NCBI RefSeq assembly: GCF_902652985.1
Contig: NC_047031.1
Span: forward strand, 16,306,001 to 16,370,000
Direction: 5' to 3'
DNA: 64,000 nt
Origin: Pecten maximus
Taxonomy: Eukaryota
Shown here: in pieces, positions 11,589-24,819 of the stretch
Position numbering within the stretch: the first letter of the stretch is position 1
How the letters are laid out: every line of letters begins with the position of its first letter
Notes under the pieces: model-generated
What the model saw: only the letters and a program-made list of their open reading frames with translations
What the model was told of the DNA's origin: nothing
Databases searched by the model: none
Made by a program: the position numbers and the translations under genes

Positions 11589-14384
11589 GTCAATGATTGT
11601 GGGTTAAACATTTTGAAGTCAATGTATTCTACATGTCTAATGATACCTCAACATATTCTGCAATAAAGAACTACAATTGTATTATGAAATTTGAAAACTG
11701 CACTTAAGCCATTGTCATAGCTGTTCTTTATATTTATCATACTAATTATTTGATACGTATGTTTAGGAAAATATGAATTCTGAAAGATTTTGTTACTATT
11801 ACAATTTTTTTTTTTTTAAACAAGAATTTAATATGACATCCCAGAAAAATATTCCAACTCAAACAATATTTCTTAAAACTTAAAAATTAGTTTTCTTATT
11901 AATTATATTCATTTATTGCAGAGTATCTTAAACATTTTCCTGTTGGTATATTGACTATCAAATCAATGCAACATAATAGCCAATTCTATTTCATCATCAC
12001 ATATAAGAGAGTTTCTGATGAGACTGTGGAATTTTCAAAATTATCCACTAGCTACAATGTATATAGCTGGCCACATGATATATCAGCTATGCATGATATT
12101 AAGAAAAATATGTGATAAACCGTGAACACCAAAAAAATGAAAGCATGATACACAAACTGTTAGGGCATATTTGGTCATACCTGTCAGGAATTGTTGTTGA
12201 TGTCACAGCTGTGTAAAAACAACTTTGTGACATCATCCTGAAAAGTAATTCAAACCTCAAATATTGATCGGAAAACCGAATTTAGACTGCAAATTATTAT
12301 AAATGCCATCATCATACAGAAGTTACTCCTGGAAAATAATTCATAGATATTGATGAGAAAAGTGAATTTCACAGGCAATTCCTACATCTCTTCAAAGATT
12401 CAAGAAAAACAAAATCAAAATAAAGTAAATTTCAAGGGACAAGTGGAAATTTACTATAGGATTTTGAAATAAATAAAGTTTATGAATTTTAACTTACTTT
12501 GTAATAAGCTGAAACTGGTATCAAACCTGTTTGTCTAAAAATGTTTTACTGTATCAGGACTGTTATTTCCTTCTTTATCTTCCTGGTAATCACCACCAAC
12601 CAGTATTCCAGTATCAAATTTCCTGGGATATTAAATTATCTCCCCTGATACATTGTCAATTTGTAATACCCTTCATAACACTAATACATGTAGATGTGCA
12701 CAATATACACAAATATATATGTATACATATGTCATTCAACTCAAATGCTGACAGAAATACATGTGGAGTGTGTTATGTACAATGTATAGGATGCATGTCA
12801 GTTAATGCCACAAAGAGTTATTCTCCCTTATAAGGTTAATATCACCACTTCAAGTGTCTTTTTAACTCTGATCTGAATAAAACAAAGTGGTATGAAACAC
12901 AAATCCAGTGTCTCCGGATTCTATCCTTCTACTATTATACTAAACGCAGTCCGTGAACATTACAATTTACAGAGAGTTTAATCCTCTGTAAAACCTTTAA
13001 CAAGGGAAGATGTGTTTCCATCTGTCTTTTTTAACAATAGATTATCTCAATAATTTTGTATTTATTTTCTCATTCAAAACTAAATTTCAAATAAAAAGAT
13101 CATGATCAGTGAGGTGTAATGATAAGCAGTTTTTTACAGGCTTTCATTCAGAATACTCATCATCTATCTCAGACAGGTACTAGAGTATGAATTCCAGGAT
13201 AAATTTGCAGAAAAGTTCACTTATTTTTCCTGGGTTTTTTTTCTTTTCTTTTTCATGTTGAATAATTTATTTAATTCTAATTATAAACATGTAAAATATC
13301 TTTCCAATACATATTTCTGAGTTGACTTAAGTAATGAAACTTTTTTTCTGCTGTGTCCTTGGGAAAGACACAATTGTTCATGTGACAGGCCTGTCATATG
13401 TTGTTCGGTGAAGTAATCACTAGCCACCAGCTACTACAAGCAGACCATGTCCAAAATAACTGTGGTGTTCATTTGGTCATAACCCGATGCAGGCCTTATC
13501 CAGCAAACCAGCAATGTTAATTTAATGTTAGCTACCTGAGTAACTAGTCCAATTATACTGATTCAGTGCTGATTAAGTATTATACATGCATTGTGTGCAG
13601 ATAGGAAATTAATATTCTGGCAAGATCTAAAATTTTAGAGAACAGTAACACTAAGGGGAGACAACTCTACCACAAAATATTTAGTACAAGTAATAAATAT
13701 AAGTGATGTATATATATATGATAATTATAATTCAGTGCTGAATGCATACACTGGATACAGCATTTAACAGGTTTTCAATTACCAGTGTATGTAGACTGTA
13801 CAGGACAGTTGTTGTTTGGGGTGGGGAATAGGTTTGACTCTCAGGCCAGGGTTTCAGTACTCCAACAATGTTAGCTTGGAGATTACAAGGTGGGGAACTT
13901 AAGTTATGACAGGCACCTTGTCAGTTGACATCAAAAGCAAATAATTAGCCAGAGACTTTAAGCTAGCTAAAGTAGGGTTTCAGAGTGTTACAAGCACATG
14001 TATGTTTAAAGCACTTATTGTTGGGGGTGCGTTTGAGCCCCCAGATCCCCCATCATTTGATACATCACTGCAGTGCCGTGTACCAAAACAGAGGTTACAT
14101 GTTTCAGATGGGGGTCACACATGCTATCTTAGATCCTTGGTTTGATGTAAAGACAGGACAGTAGGGGGATCTAACACCTAAGCTCTTGACATATTGATCC
14201 ATCTCTGGGTCTCATCATGTATATAAAGTGTATAGTGGTATAATATATGTGTAGCTACCGTATTAGTATACTGGTAGATACAACAAGGTGGAAGGGAGAA
14301 AACTGTTGTTCTATAATAGCTAGGTTTTTTTTCATACATAATGAATCTGAACTTCTAAAACTATATAGTATCTTACATTTGTAG

Positions 14385-14512
14385 GATTCCAAAGTACAAC
14401 TGAATGAATTTGTAGCTTGTGAGAAAATGCAACGACCAGACCGGGACTGGAACTTATTGTCACCCCCGAATTTGAACTGTAGACGGAGATCCAAACATTT
14501 GAGCTACCTGCC
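14385..14512 (-). mobile_element. tRNA-derived SINE head remnant
   Basis: Reverse strand GGTAGCTCA...GTTCCAGTCCCGGTCTGGTCG...TTTTCTC, with no intact cloverleaf. Confidence 0.4.
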
Positions 14513-15473
14513 CACCGTTTCAGTTCTGCAACATATGTGTTCTTTATCTGCTATACTTTCTATTTCATATATCACATTAAAGTGGTGCATAATCATCTCA
14601 TAAATGAAACAGATAATCTTGGAAAATCTATGGAGACTATAAGTTCTCAACAGGTATAAGTTGCAAAACTTGTTATCAATTTGTATTGTATAGATCGACT
14701 AACGGTATGTTTTGTTCCTCATAAAAATATAATAAATTTTAATTACATAAACCTGTTACATTGATGCTGACACGTTTTCAAATAGATTTATTGGTGAGCA
14801 GATGTTTTGAATTAGATTGCAATAAAGTTCTGTATAATTTGTTAAATTATATTCTTCTTCCTGTACAAGGGACAGACTCAAAAGTTTCAGTGTATATAAT
14901 TGGCCCTGTGAGGTGGCAAATATATTTAAAACTTTTAATTTTAATTTTAGTATTAATAACTATTAACTGTTATCAGATAACACATTTAGAAAATAAGGGA
15001 ATGTTTTAGCTAGCAAGTTTAGGCCTGAAAGAGTTTGGGTTTGGATCATGTGCCAGTGATGCTTGTATACAGTTTCTTTGCTGTTTGCAGTTTCAGTTGA
15101 TCTGAACATCTTTTTTTCATACAAAAGATATATAAATGTCAGAAAATAAACTTTTTATTTCAGTTCATAGAGCACTCTAAAATTCTATAATGTTGGCCTA
15201 CTGGTGAAATGCATTTCAACTCTCCAAACCAACTACTAACTACTTATATATACATGGAAATAAAACCAGAATCCGCCCTGTGGGTCCCACCTCCACTAAG
15301 ATCTGGTATATCCACCCGAGTCGCCTCCGCCCCCAGAAACTGCAACTTTGCCGAACTTTGTAGCCGACCGGTTCCTATGCATCCTTGTAATGTAATGTTA
15401 GTGTTTCATTTATTCAAACGCTGTGCTTCTATTCAAACATTAAAATACTTCCTGGTTTCAACAAAATACTCAC

Positions 15474-15984
15474 AATTAACATGTACGCTCATTCTTCACG
15501 TCCAAATTATAATTCTGCTTCTGGTATTTCTTGCCCTATCAAGTTTGGGACGATTCCTCAATTTTTGCTTCCGCTTTGCTGATGTGAAGAACGTCAGGGA
15601 TTTCGAGTGATCTGTGATCGGAACCCCTCGGATGTTTACCCCATATTGGATAATACTCATCACATTACAGCATTCCGAACGTCATACACACACGATATCA
15701 TTACGTTATACACAGGCACCTGTTTCTAAGTCTGCAAACTGGATATTTGGAACAAATTAATGGTACGTATCATACATATATGTCAACTCATTGTTTCAAT
15801 TATGATCATAAATGAAAACATACAAAACTGGTTGTTTAAAAGTGCCCACAAACTTCATGGCGTATTCTTAAACGAAGACATGCCAGACCTATTGTTGAAT
15901 ATGGATAACATACTTTTTGTTGCGTGGGCGTTGTCGGGTTAGAAAGAAGGACACATCCAGTCAAAGAAAGATACATTTGTACAG
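15474..15984. promoter_or_regulatory. Putative bidirectional promoter and first non-coding exons of FER (-) and FBXL17 (+)
   Basis: Locally CpG-richer stretch bounded by an outward-facing minus-strand donor (AATT|GTGAGT at 15474/15473) and a plus-strand donor (ACAG|GTAATT at 15984/15985), lying between two divergent genes. Confidence 0.5.
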
Positions 15985-16280
15985 GTAATTTTATGAACCC
16001 AAGATCACGTTACGAAAACAACATTGACTGATTTTATATAATGCCTTGTTAGATTTGGCCTGCTCTCAGAATAAAATCTACGCATGTAGATCAACAAGTA
16101 TGGCTACATGTGTTTAATTTGTGTGCATGTTTTTTTTTTCTGAAAATTCATTTTTGTTGATTACGTATCGAGTTAAAATTCCAAATGCAAATGATTGGAC
16201 AGAGCGCATGATTAATTAAATTTACTAGTCCCATCAAGCTAAAGAGAAGACCTAGCTCTCTAGCCGAGCAGAACTGCGGC

Positions 16281-17114
16281 TAGCCCGAGTTTTCTCTGGC
16301 CCTGTCACCATGTCTGGTGTAGGGCCAGAGCGCACTACTATATGAAAACGTGGAATTATCCGACACTGTTTGGTGTCGCTAAGAATTTGATGCAAAAACA
16401 ATAAAGTCGGGTGTGACATAACACCTACCTTACATATATGGATAAATGAGATATTTATGTACCCCAAAACACCCATTTAGTCTCATCTAGGTGTTTTATT
16501 TCATCCGTACAGGCCCTCGCTTTACGCTAGTCAAAATTTCATACTGTTGACCCGCCATTTTGTAAGTGACAGTATGACTAACCACCCAAATCGGAACGCA
16601 ATGGACCGAAAAGACCACATATCATTTATTGTGTTTTTCTTCTTACAAAGTTTAAATTATGAAAACTAAGTTGATTATTTCCCAAAAGATGTTATATTCC
16701 ATTAAAAAAATCATTATTTATAAATTATAAGCGGTAAAATATATAAAAATAAATGTTGTATTTTTTTTTCTTTTCGCTCCATCGCCCACAGATTAGGGTA
16801 ATTAGGCGGACCGCGACCTACATAGTTAGCAATATGGCGTCGAGTCAAGTATGAAATTTTGACTAGCGTAAAGCGAGGGTCTATACGGACGGAATAAAAC
16901 ACCTATATGAGACTAAATGGGTGTTTTGGGGTACATAAATATCTCATTTATCCATATATGTAAGGTAGGTGTTATGTCACACCCGATTTTATTGTTTTTG
17001 CATCAAATTCTTAGCGACACCAAACGGTGTCGGATAATTCCACGTTTTCATATATAGTAGTGCGCTCTGGCCCTACACCAGACATGGTGACAGGGCCAGA
17101 GAAAACTCGGGCTA
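16281..17114. mobile_element. Foldback-like non-autonomous DNA transposon with ~265-bp TIRs and 9-bp TSD (Mutator- or AcademH-like)
   Basis: 16281-16545 is the near-perfect inverse of 16848-17114. Termini TAG...CTA, flanked by AACTGCGGC / AACAGCGGC. Confidence 0.88.
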
Positions 17115-17333
17115 AACAGCGGCTAGTATTTACCAAGGTTACATGACATGAACAGGTTTATTTTTTTGAGACAAATATTAAATGTTGATTGAATTAGATA
17201 TCATAAAAAAAATGATAATCAAATGATTTATAATTTATATAATAAGACTTAAAAGATCTGTGTTTTTTCTATCTTAGGAAACTGGTCATGTGACATCAAT
17301 GGCTTACCCAGTGTACTAAACAAGTTTGAAACC

Positions 17334-20300
17334 ATGTCAAGAGAAAAACAAACTGACTGCAAATCTGATCCATCTTGTCCATCTGAAAACCCAACTGATG
17401 AAAACTTTTTTCATGGTTGTACACAATCCGACAACTTAGAAGGATGTTTGTATAATGAAAGGACAGCTATCGGCCAATCAGATGGATGCTTACATGATGA
17501 GAGGACATGTACACATATTGACCAATCCGAAGAACATTCTCATGAAGAAAGGTTTTCTAATCCATGTAAAAGGAAAAGAGTGCCATCAACAGAATATTTA
17601 GATGCCATTGATAAGACTCATGGCTTCTGTAACTATTTTGAGTCACTTCCAAAAACAGAAAAGGCAAATAGCCACACTACTCGTGCAAATTTCATTGTAA
17701 ATGGCCCTGTATCCCCTAGGGCAGAAAGATCCAGTCCCATTCAAGGTTCAATATGTGCAGAACAATCAGCATTGGTTCAAGGGTCATCAAGTTCAGAAAG
17801 GTCAGCAATGGTTCAAGGGTCATCAAGTTCAGAAAGGTCAGCATGGATTCAAGGATCATCAAGTTCAGAAAGGTCTGTCTTGGGTTCAAGGGCCATCAAA
17901 TTTGGAAAGGTTGCCATGGGTTCAAGGGTCATCTAGGACAGAAATATCCATTAAAAACTCCACCATTGATTCTAATAATGAAGTCTGTGATACCAGGACA
18001 GAGTGCGATATGTCACATGAATGTGTTTCTAGTCAATATTCCTCACCAGAAGATAATGAGACTGGGGAGGACTTACGCTCATTTTCATCATTTAGTGAAT
18101 TGCAGCCCAATACAATTCATTCCTCAAATCAAAGTGCTTATAAAGACAAAGTTGCATCAACAGCTTCTGGCTTGGATCAGAACAATATTCAGCCTACTAC
18201 AGACTCTTGTTATCAGTCAGCCTCAGAATCATCTTCATCCTCAAACTCATCAGTAAGGAAACCTTTCTCCATATCAGCTGCTACAGCTTCGTCATCATCT
18301 GGAAAAAAATTTAACTTTAGTTCTAATAATATTTCCTCAACAGAAGCAGACGTATCTTCATCTTCATCACCATCATCATCATCATCACAAATTCAAAATG
18401 TCAGGATACCTATACCGAATCCAGTGCAGGAATTTCAAGGCATCATCGTTAACACTTACAGTTGTAAAACTCCTTTGAAAAAGGAAAATATAAAAACATG
18501 TAATGATGGCTGTGCAACAGATTTAAAGTTCAGTATCAATATTCCATCTTATTTATTGATCCAGATTTTCCAGCATCTGTCAATGTACGAACTACTTCAT
18601 AATGTTTCTAGTGTCTGTAAGTTATGGTATAACATTTCTCATGACCCTGACCTCTGGCGGGTCATTGACCTTCAGAATCAGCTCAAGGTCACTGATGTAG
18701 TTATCACCAACTTGACCTCCTATAGTGACCGAGTGATCTACTTGAATATTTCTGACATCACCACAATTTCTGAAGATTGTCTTGTGAAAACCGTGACGAA
18801 CTGCCAGCATTTGAAAACTCTGAAACTCTCAAGGTAAATGATGGCATCTTCAAATTTTCTCTGCAAGTCTCATTTCTGGATATATACAAATCTTTAGGAT
18901 AAGGTGGTCATATTTATTCTCAGATAAATCCCCTTCCCTAATGAAGAATTTTATATTAAAGTTGAGGGAAAGCTTATTTAGTTATTTTTTAATCACTTTA
19001 AGCTTAGTATTTTAAAATTGAATATTTTGCAAAAATGGAAAAGAGGCTTATTTGTGGTCAGGGCTTATTTTTGGATGGGACTTATTTGTTGATAGATACA
19101 GCAACTTAAATGATACAAGTGGTTTTGAACAAGTGTATTACTGTACATATAATACATACCAGGAAGTTATTAGATACCAACAAAAAATGTCTTGTTTAGA
19201 AATAGCCCAGATTACATTGAGAGATTCTCTTGTAGCTACATGATATGTATGTATATAGGATGTTGTGAAACTTAATTCAGCACGTGACCTGTACATGTTC
19301 TGGCTGAATTACCATAAATATGGTAAGACACATGCATCATATAACACTATTGTACATGTGACATCATGAATAATTTTTGTCATCACAATTTATACACGAC
19401 GTTGAGCGATAGTCTCTGTACATATATAAACACTATTGTGACAAGAATAATTATTGACATCACAGTTGATACATGACATCACACTATAGACCTCAAAACA
19501 ATGAAATCACAATTTAAACATGACATCACACTATAGACCTCAAAACAATGACATCACAATTTATACATGACATCACACTATAGACCTCAAAACAATGACA
19601 TCACAATTTAAACATGACATCACAAGATTGTCTCTGTATAGTCAGTAGAGAAACAGATGCTGCATCTGTCTTTCATATAAACAGATTTTTGAGATTTTTC
19701 TCTTGCATTCTAATAAATCTGAATTATGTCATAAACAGAATCTTGAAATTATTACTGTTACATGTATATGGACTTTATTAAACTTGCCTAAAAGCTCATA
19801 TTATTGAATAAATCAGTACATGTTAAAACAATAAATTCCATGTGACATAGCCACTTATCTCAGATCTTCTAGACCTTTATGCACTAGCTCTAAATCTAGG
19901 TTGGTAAATTCAACTTCTTCTGTGATAGTTCAGTTACCTCATGATGCGGTGAAGATCTAAATTGTGTTGTTGTTTAACACTTCTTGTATACATATACCTT
20001 TCTGTTGGTTTTTGTTTCTCCGAAAGCTGCGAAAAAAGCCAGTCTGTGCTGTCATGTCCTTGGTCAAGACATGTACACTTTACCCTTATTACTCTGGATA
20101 GCATGAGGTAGGCCTCCTGTATATGGAATTGGTGTAGTCACCAACTACTACAGGGAGACCTAGCTGTCTCAAAATGATCCTGGGTGGTCATGGGGCAATC
20201 AACCCAGTGGACAAAGTGAAACAAATAAACATTCTTCTAATTTGATGAAAATGACAACGTAATTAGCATCAAGAGTAGATTGGATTTTTCACATTTTAAC

Positions 20301-23300
20301 ATGACCTGCTTACCTCCCTTGACAGGTGTATATCCGTGACAACAGACCGGTTGCTCACAGCGATTGGGGGACATTGTCATAATCTTCGTGACATCCACAT
20401 GGAACTTTGCTTCAGGATCACAGACAAAGGTCTTGAGGATGTAAGTTCTTAACGATGTATAAAATTTCTTTATAATGCATTTAGTTATTTATGGGTCATA
20501 AATGGGTGCAATTTTACCAGAAATATTTTTAAGTACTGATATTTTGTAAAATCCATATAAATGGTTTGTTGAGCTCCAGTATTTAGATGAAAATTTATTT
20601 TAAAATAGTATGGATCGATGACATTTTTCATTTGAAATATACAGTTCTCTTTTAGTTTGCTAGTATAATACTTGAGGGCTTAATTATGTCATTATATAAT
20701 GTTCTAGCTTCTTTTAAGTCGGCTGTCAAAAACTTGAGAACTTATGTAATTATGTAAAATAATAAATATCTTCTCTTTTAGTAGGCTGTCTAAAACTTGA
20801 GGACTTATGTAATAAGATATATGTGTTCTGTTTAAGTCGGCTGTCTAAAACTTGAGGACTTATGTAAAATAATATAAGTGTTCTGTTATAGTTGGCTGTT
20901 GGCTGTCCAAAACTTGAGAGTGTCCATATCAGTCAATGTCAGAATGTGGGTAATAAGGGATTGGCCCAACTAGCAGAGCATTGTCCACTACTGGACAGTA
21001 TTTCTGTAGACAGCTGTGCAAAGGTAAGTGGTCATTCTAATAACAGGCTTAACAGTGTATATATATTTTGTAAATTAAATAGAAAATTGGGAACAAAGAT
21101 TGCTGGATTTCATGTCATCACATAAAAAAAAATTATTAAAAGATTTAAGGACTTTGGATGATCATGACTTCATTTGGAAAAATAAGCCTCATACATGATT
21201 GTGAATAGGGCCTGTATTTGGCTCCAAATATTTGTTATAGGCAAGAAGAAGGCTATACTTTCCAACTTTTGACTTTTTTATGGGAAAACTGTCTTTATAT
21301 GAATTATAAGTCGTTGTGAGGATAACATTCTCATTTAAATTAAATGATCTGATCCCAATAGCTATGATGATTTAAATAAGGATAGCCTCTGTATGCTAGA
21401 TCCATGGTGAATGCCTGTGTGTTTTGGGGGACAACAATATGTTTGTGTTTGTCTCTTGTGGTATTAAAAAAAATATAAGAGACAAACTTATTTCAGCTTT
21501 ACAGAGCTTCCTCACTGACCCAACTGTTGTCAAAATTTATGGTTGAAATTATCAATATCCTGTTGATCCAACATTAAGACCATGCCTAGTAATAACCCCA
21601 AATATTGAAAAACAATGAAATGTGAACAAATGAACATTGTAATATCAAAGGTCGAATTAGTCATCATTTAAACTTGTAGATCCGGGACGAAGGCATCATC
21701 GCGTTGGCCAATGGTTGTTCTGAGATCCGGATTATCAATCTACATAGTTGCAGTATAGGGGACATGGGAGCTTATCAGCTGAAGAATGTAAGTAATCAAT
21801 CTATGTTACTGGATGTATTAGATGAATTATATTTGGAGTTATCTCCCTTCGCTAGTTTATAATTCACACCTATAACTCATATTAAGGGTTAGCTCCTTAA
21901 GGATGTATGCTACTTTTTACATTATACATGTAATTCATACTAGAAGGAATCCATTAAGGATATATGCTACCTTATTCACTGTACCTTCCATGTGTTTCTG
22001 TATTGCTTGAAATTCTGCATATAACTGGAATTTTAAAACAGTGATTATGAAAAGAAAACAATTACAACAGTGAACAGAGCATAAGCTTTTTTTTTCTTTA
22101 AATCAACAAACAATTTTATGGGATATGATCCTAAATCTTAAATAAATGATTACACGTAATTTGGATTACCATCAACAACTTTGATCGTGTTAATCGTAAT
22201 CCATCTTGTTATATGTTATTCAAATTCAACTTAATGTGTTGTTAACAAGGAAATCTTTTGTGTTTTCTAGCTGAAGTTTTTACAGACCCTGGACCTGTCA
22301 GGATCTAATGAGCTAAGTTTGCAGACAGTGTCTGTGATCACACAAAACTGCACAAAACTTGAATGTTTGAATCTTTCACTGAAGCGAAATGTGGATGATG
22401 GATATATTGAGATGGTGGCCAGACATTGTACTCAGCTGAGAAAACTCTATTGTGTGTCATGTACGATAACGGACACAGGTAAGGCCACACCAAATGAATG
22501 TTATAGTTACTGTCCTGGTTCAGACCCATTAAGGCCAGACCAAAATAATGTTACATTTAATGTGTTCTGTCCTGTTTCAGACACACTAAGGCCACACCAA
22601 AATAATAGTATGTTTATTGTTTTGTCCTGTAAGTCAGAGACCTAAATAATATTGTATATATTCAAATGTATGATGTTCGGTCTCGGGCACAATAAGGCCA
22701 AAGCAGTATGATATCATGTGTACTGTGCTCTGTCATGTCTCGGACACACTAAGGCCAATCCTAAATAATATGTTTACTGTCAGCACTGTCATAGACACAG
22801 TAAGGCCAGACCAAAATATAACTGTGTTCTATGCTATCTCAGAAACAGTAAGGCCAAACCTTAATAATATTATGTTAATTGTGTTCTGTAAACTTCAAAA
22901 TGGCCATAGTATAGTTGGCTGTCGTGGATTTTGACAGTTGAAGTTTGTTATCATTATTTCTCAAGAAGAATTGAAAGGATATTTCCTAAGAAGTATTTGA
23001 ACGGACATTTCTCAAAAGGTATTGAAGGATATTTCTTTAGAAGAAAATATAGCTTTCAATGAAAAAGAAACTTTTTTTTTTTTCTGCAGGCCTGGAATTC
23101 CTTGGAAGATACAGTCAGAGGTTAGAACATCTGGATATTGGGTGGTGTCACGCTGTCACAGACGCTGGTGTCCAATTTGTCTCTGAAAACTGTCCAGCTT
23201 TACGATACATCGGTCTCATCCGATGCGATCAAGTCACAGCTGAAGGGATTGAGGACCTCTTGGACAAATATCCGCGCATCACATATTCTACGTTCATCCT

Positions 23301-23406
23301 GGAGTCAAGAAAAATTATCGAAATGGCCAGGATGCAAGGCTTCCAGTTTCCTGCTAACAATGATGATGGGAAACCAAGCGTTGTCTTTTGGGACAATGCT
23401 TCCTAG
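17334..23406 (+). CDS. FBXL17: F-box/LRR-repeat protein 17 (Ser-rich N-terminus, F-box, LRRs)
   Basis: Coding exons 17334-18833 (acceptor at 17278; one +1 frameshift near 17875), 20326-20440, 20892-21023, 21680-21787, 22271-22478 and 23090-23406, all GT-AG and phase-compatible. F-box IPSYLLIQIFQHLS...VSSVCKLWYNISHDPDLWRVIDL. The C-terminus LGRYS..LEHLDIGWC..VTDAG...LRYIGLIRCDQV...YPRITYST matches FBXL17 (IGRYS..IETVDVGWC..ITDQG...LRYLGLMRCDKV...YPHITFST). Confidence 0.9.
19440..19625. repeat. ~42-bp tandem repeat
   Basis: ACATGACATCACACTATAGACCTCAAAACAATGACATCACAATTT repeated about three times. Confidence 0.8.
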
Positions 23407-24214
23407 TCAGATTGTTAGACATATCTTCTACAAGGACCTTTTAGGGACAGGAAGGGGAAGTGTGAATTTGATGCAAAAAATGACTTAACATTTAAAGACA
23501 GAACATAAAGTGATCAAGTGAACACAGATTTTATTAGGTCAACAAAGACCAAGTCTCAAGTGACCTATTGCAATCACATTTGTTTGTCCTCATCTGTCAA
23601 CAGTCTGTCTTCTCAAAAATACTTTGCAAAATTGTGAATTATGTGGTCCCCACTCCCAGGGGCCCTAGAGATGGAAAAAAAAGGGTCAACTAGCCTGAAT
23701 AGAAATTTTTAGTGTACATGGAGGTATAATGGAAAATGAAATGAGAAATTTGATACAACGTGACTTAAACTTGTAGGGGTAGGAAAGTGTGGTTGCTACA
23801 CATGTATGTATGTGCATGTGTAGTTAGGACCAGAATCTCAATAATACTCATTTAAAGCATTTGTTTTAAATTAAAGACAATTATTGTTAATTATTTTATG
23901 TTTTTTATTTACATGCAATGCATTTTAAAAGTATGCTGTAAAAATGGAGAAAATCTTAATCATAGGAGAGGGTTTTTCTGCAATATTGATATGACAGTAT
24001 GATTACTCCGAAATTAAAATAAACAGATTTTGATTTTTGAAGAATATTTACATTAATTTTGCTCGGCACTCTCCCATTGCATTACATATAAAATGCAATA
24101 TGTGTTGTTAGACTAACCGTGCATTACTTTATCAGAATCGTACCAATTGCATGTTTTGTTTTCTGAATCATACCACTTGGATCCAAGATGGCGGAATTGT
24201 GATGCTGTGTTTTC

Positions 24215-24353
24215 AGGGTAGCAAGTTCGAAACCCACATGAGGCAGTTGCCAGGTACTGACCGTAGGCCGGTGGGTTTTCTCCGGGTACTCCGGCTTTCC
24301 TCCATCTCCACAACCTGTTAATAGGACGTTCAACAAAATAAATCAAACCAAAC
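24215..24353 (+). mobile_element. V-domain-like SINE fragment
   Basis: GTTCGAAACCC box B, GGGTTTTCTCCGGGTACTCCGGCTTTCCTCC core and AAACC tail. Confidence 0.6.
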
Positions 24354-24819
24354 ATTTACTTTTGTTTGTCTGGAGGTGTCCTCCTACATTTTTTCACCAA
24401 TTTCTTTGAAATTTTATAGACTATCATCACGGTATGCAGTTGTGTTTTCCTGAACTTAATTTACATTTTACTTTTTTTGCAACATTTATTGCCCTTTCCT
24501 TATTTCAGGATTTGAATCTTGTCTGGATAGTAATACACACTTGAGATTTTCGTTCCTGTATATTGTCCCGTACGTACCTATTTGATATAACTGGTATAAG
24601 TCTGATAAAGGAATGCACTGTATACCATTTTTATCATGCAATCTATATTGTGACATTATTTATTCTATTTTGACTTCACATACTTCGCTTTTCAAGAGAT
24701 TTCAACACAGCTGTAAATCCTACATTGTTGTCTGTTTCAGGGACTTCACATTCTAAAGTTAGAGTGATATCAGAACATTTCTATATTTGCTGCATTTATT
24801 AAAATGTAAAAACCCACAT

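Noticed and set aside
14385-14512. tRNA gene
   Set aside because: Only degenerate box A/B motifs and no cloverleaf; better explained as a SINE head.
17753-18256. 167-aa ORF overlapping FBXL17 exon 2
   Set aside because: Alternative frame of the coding repeat with no independent evidence.
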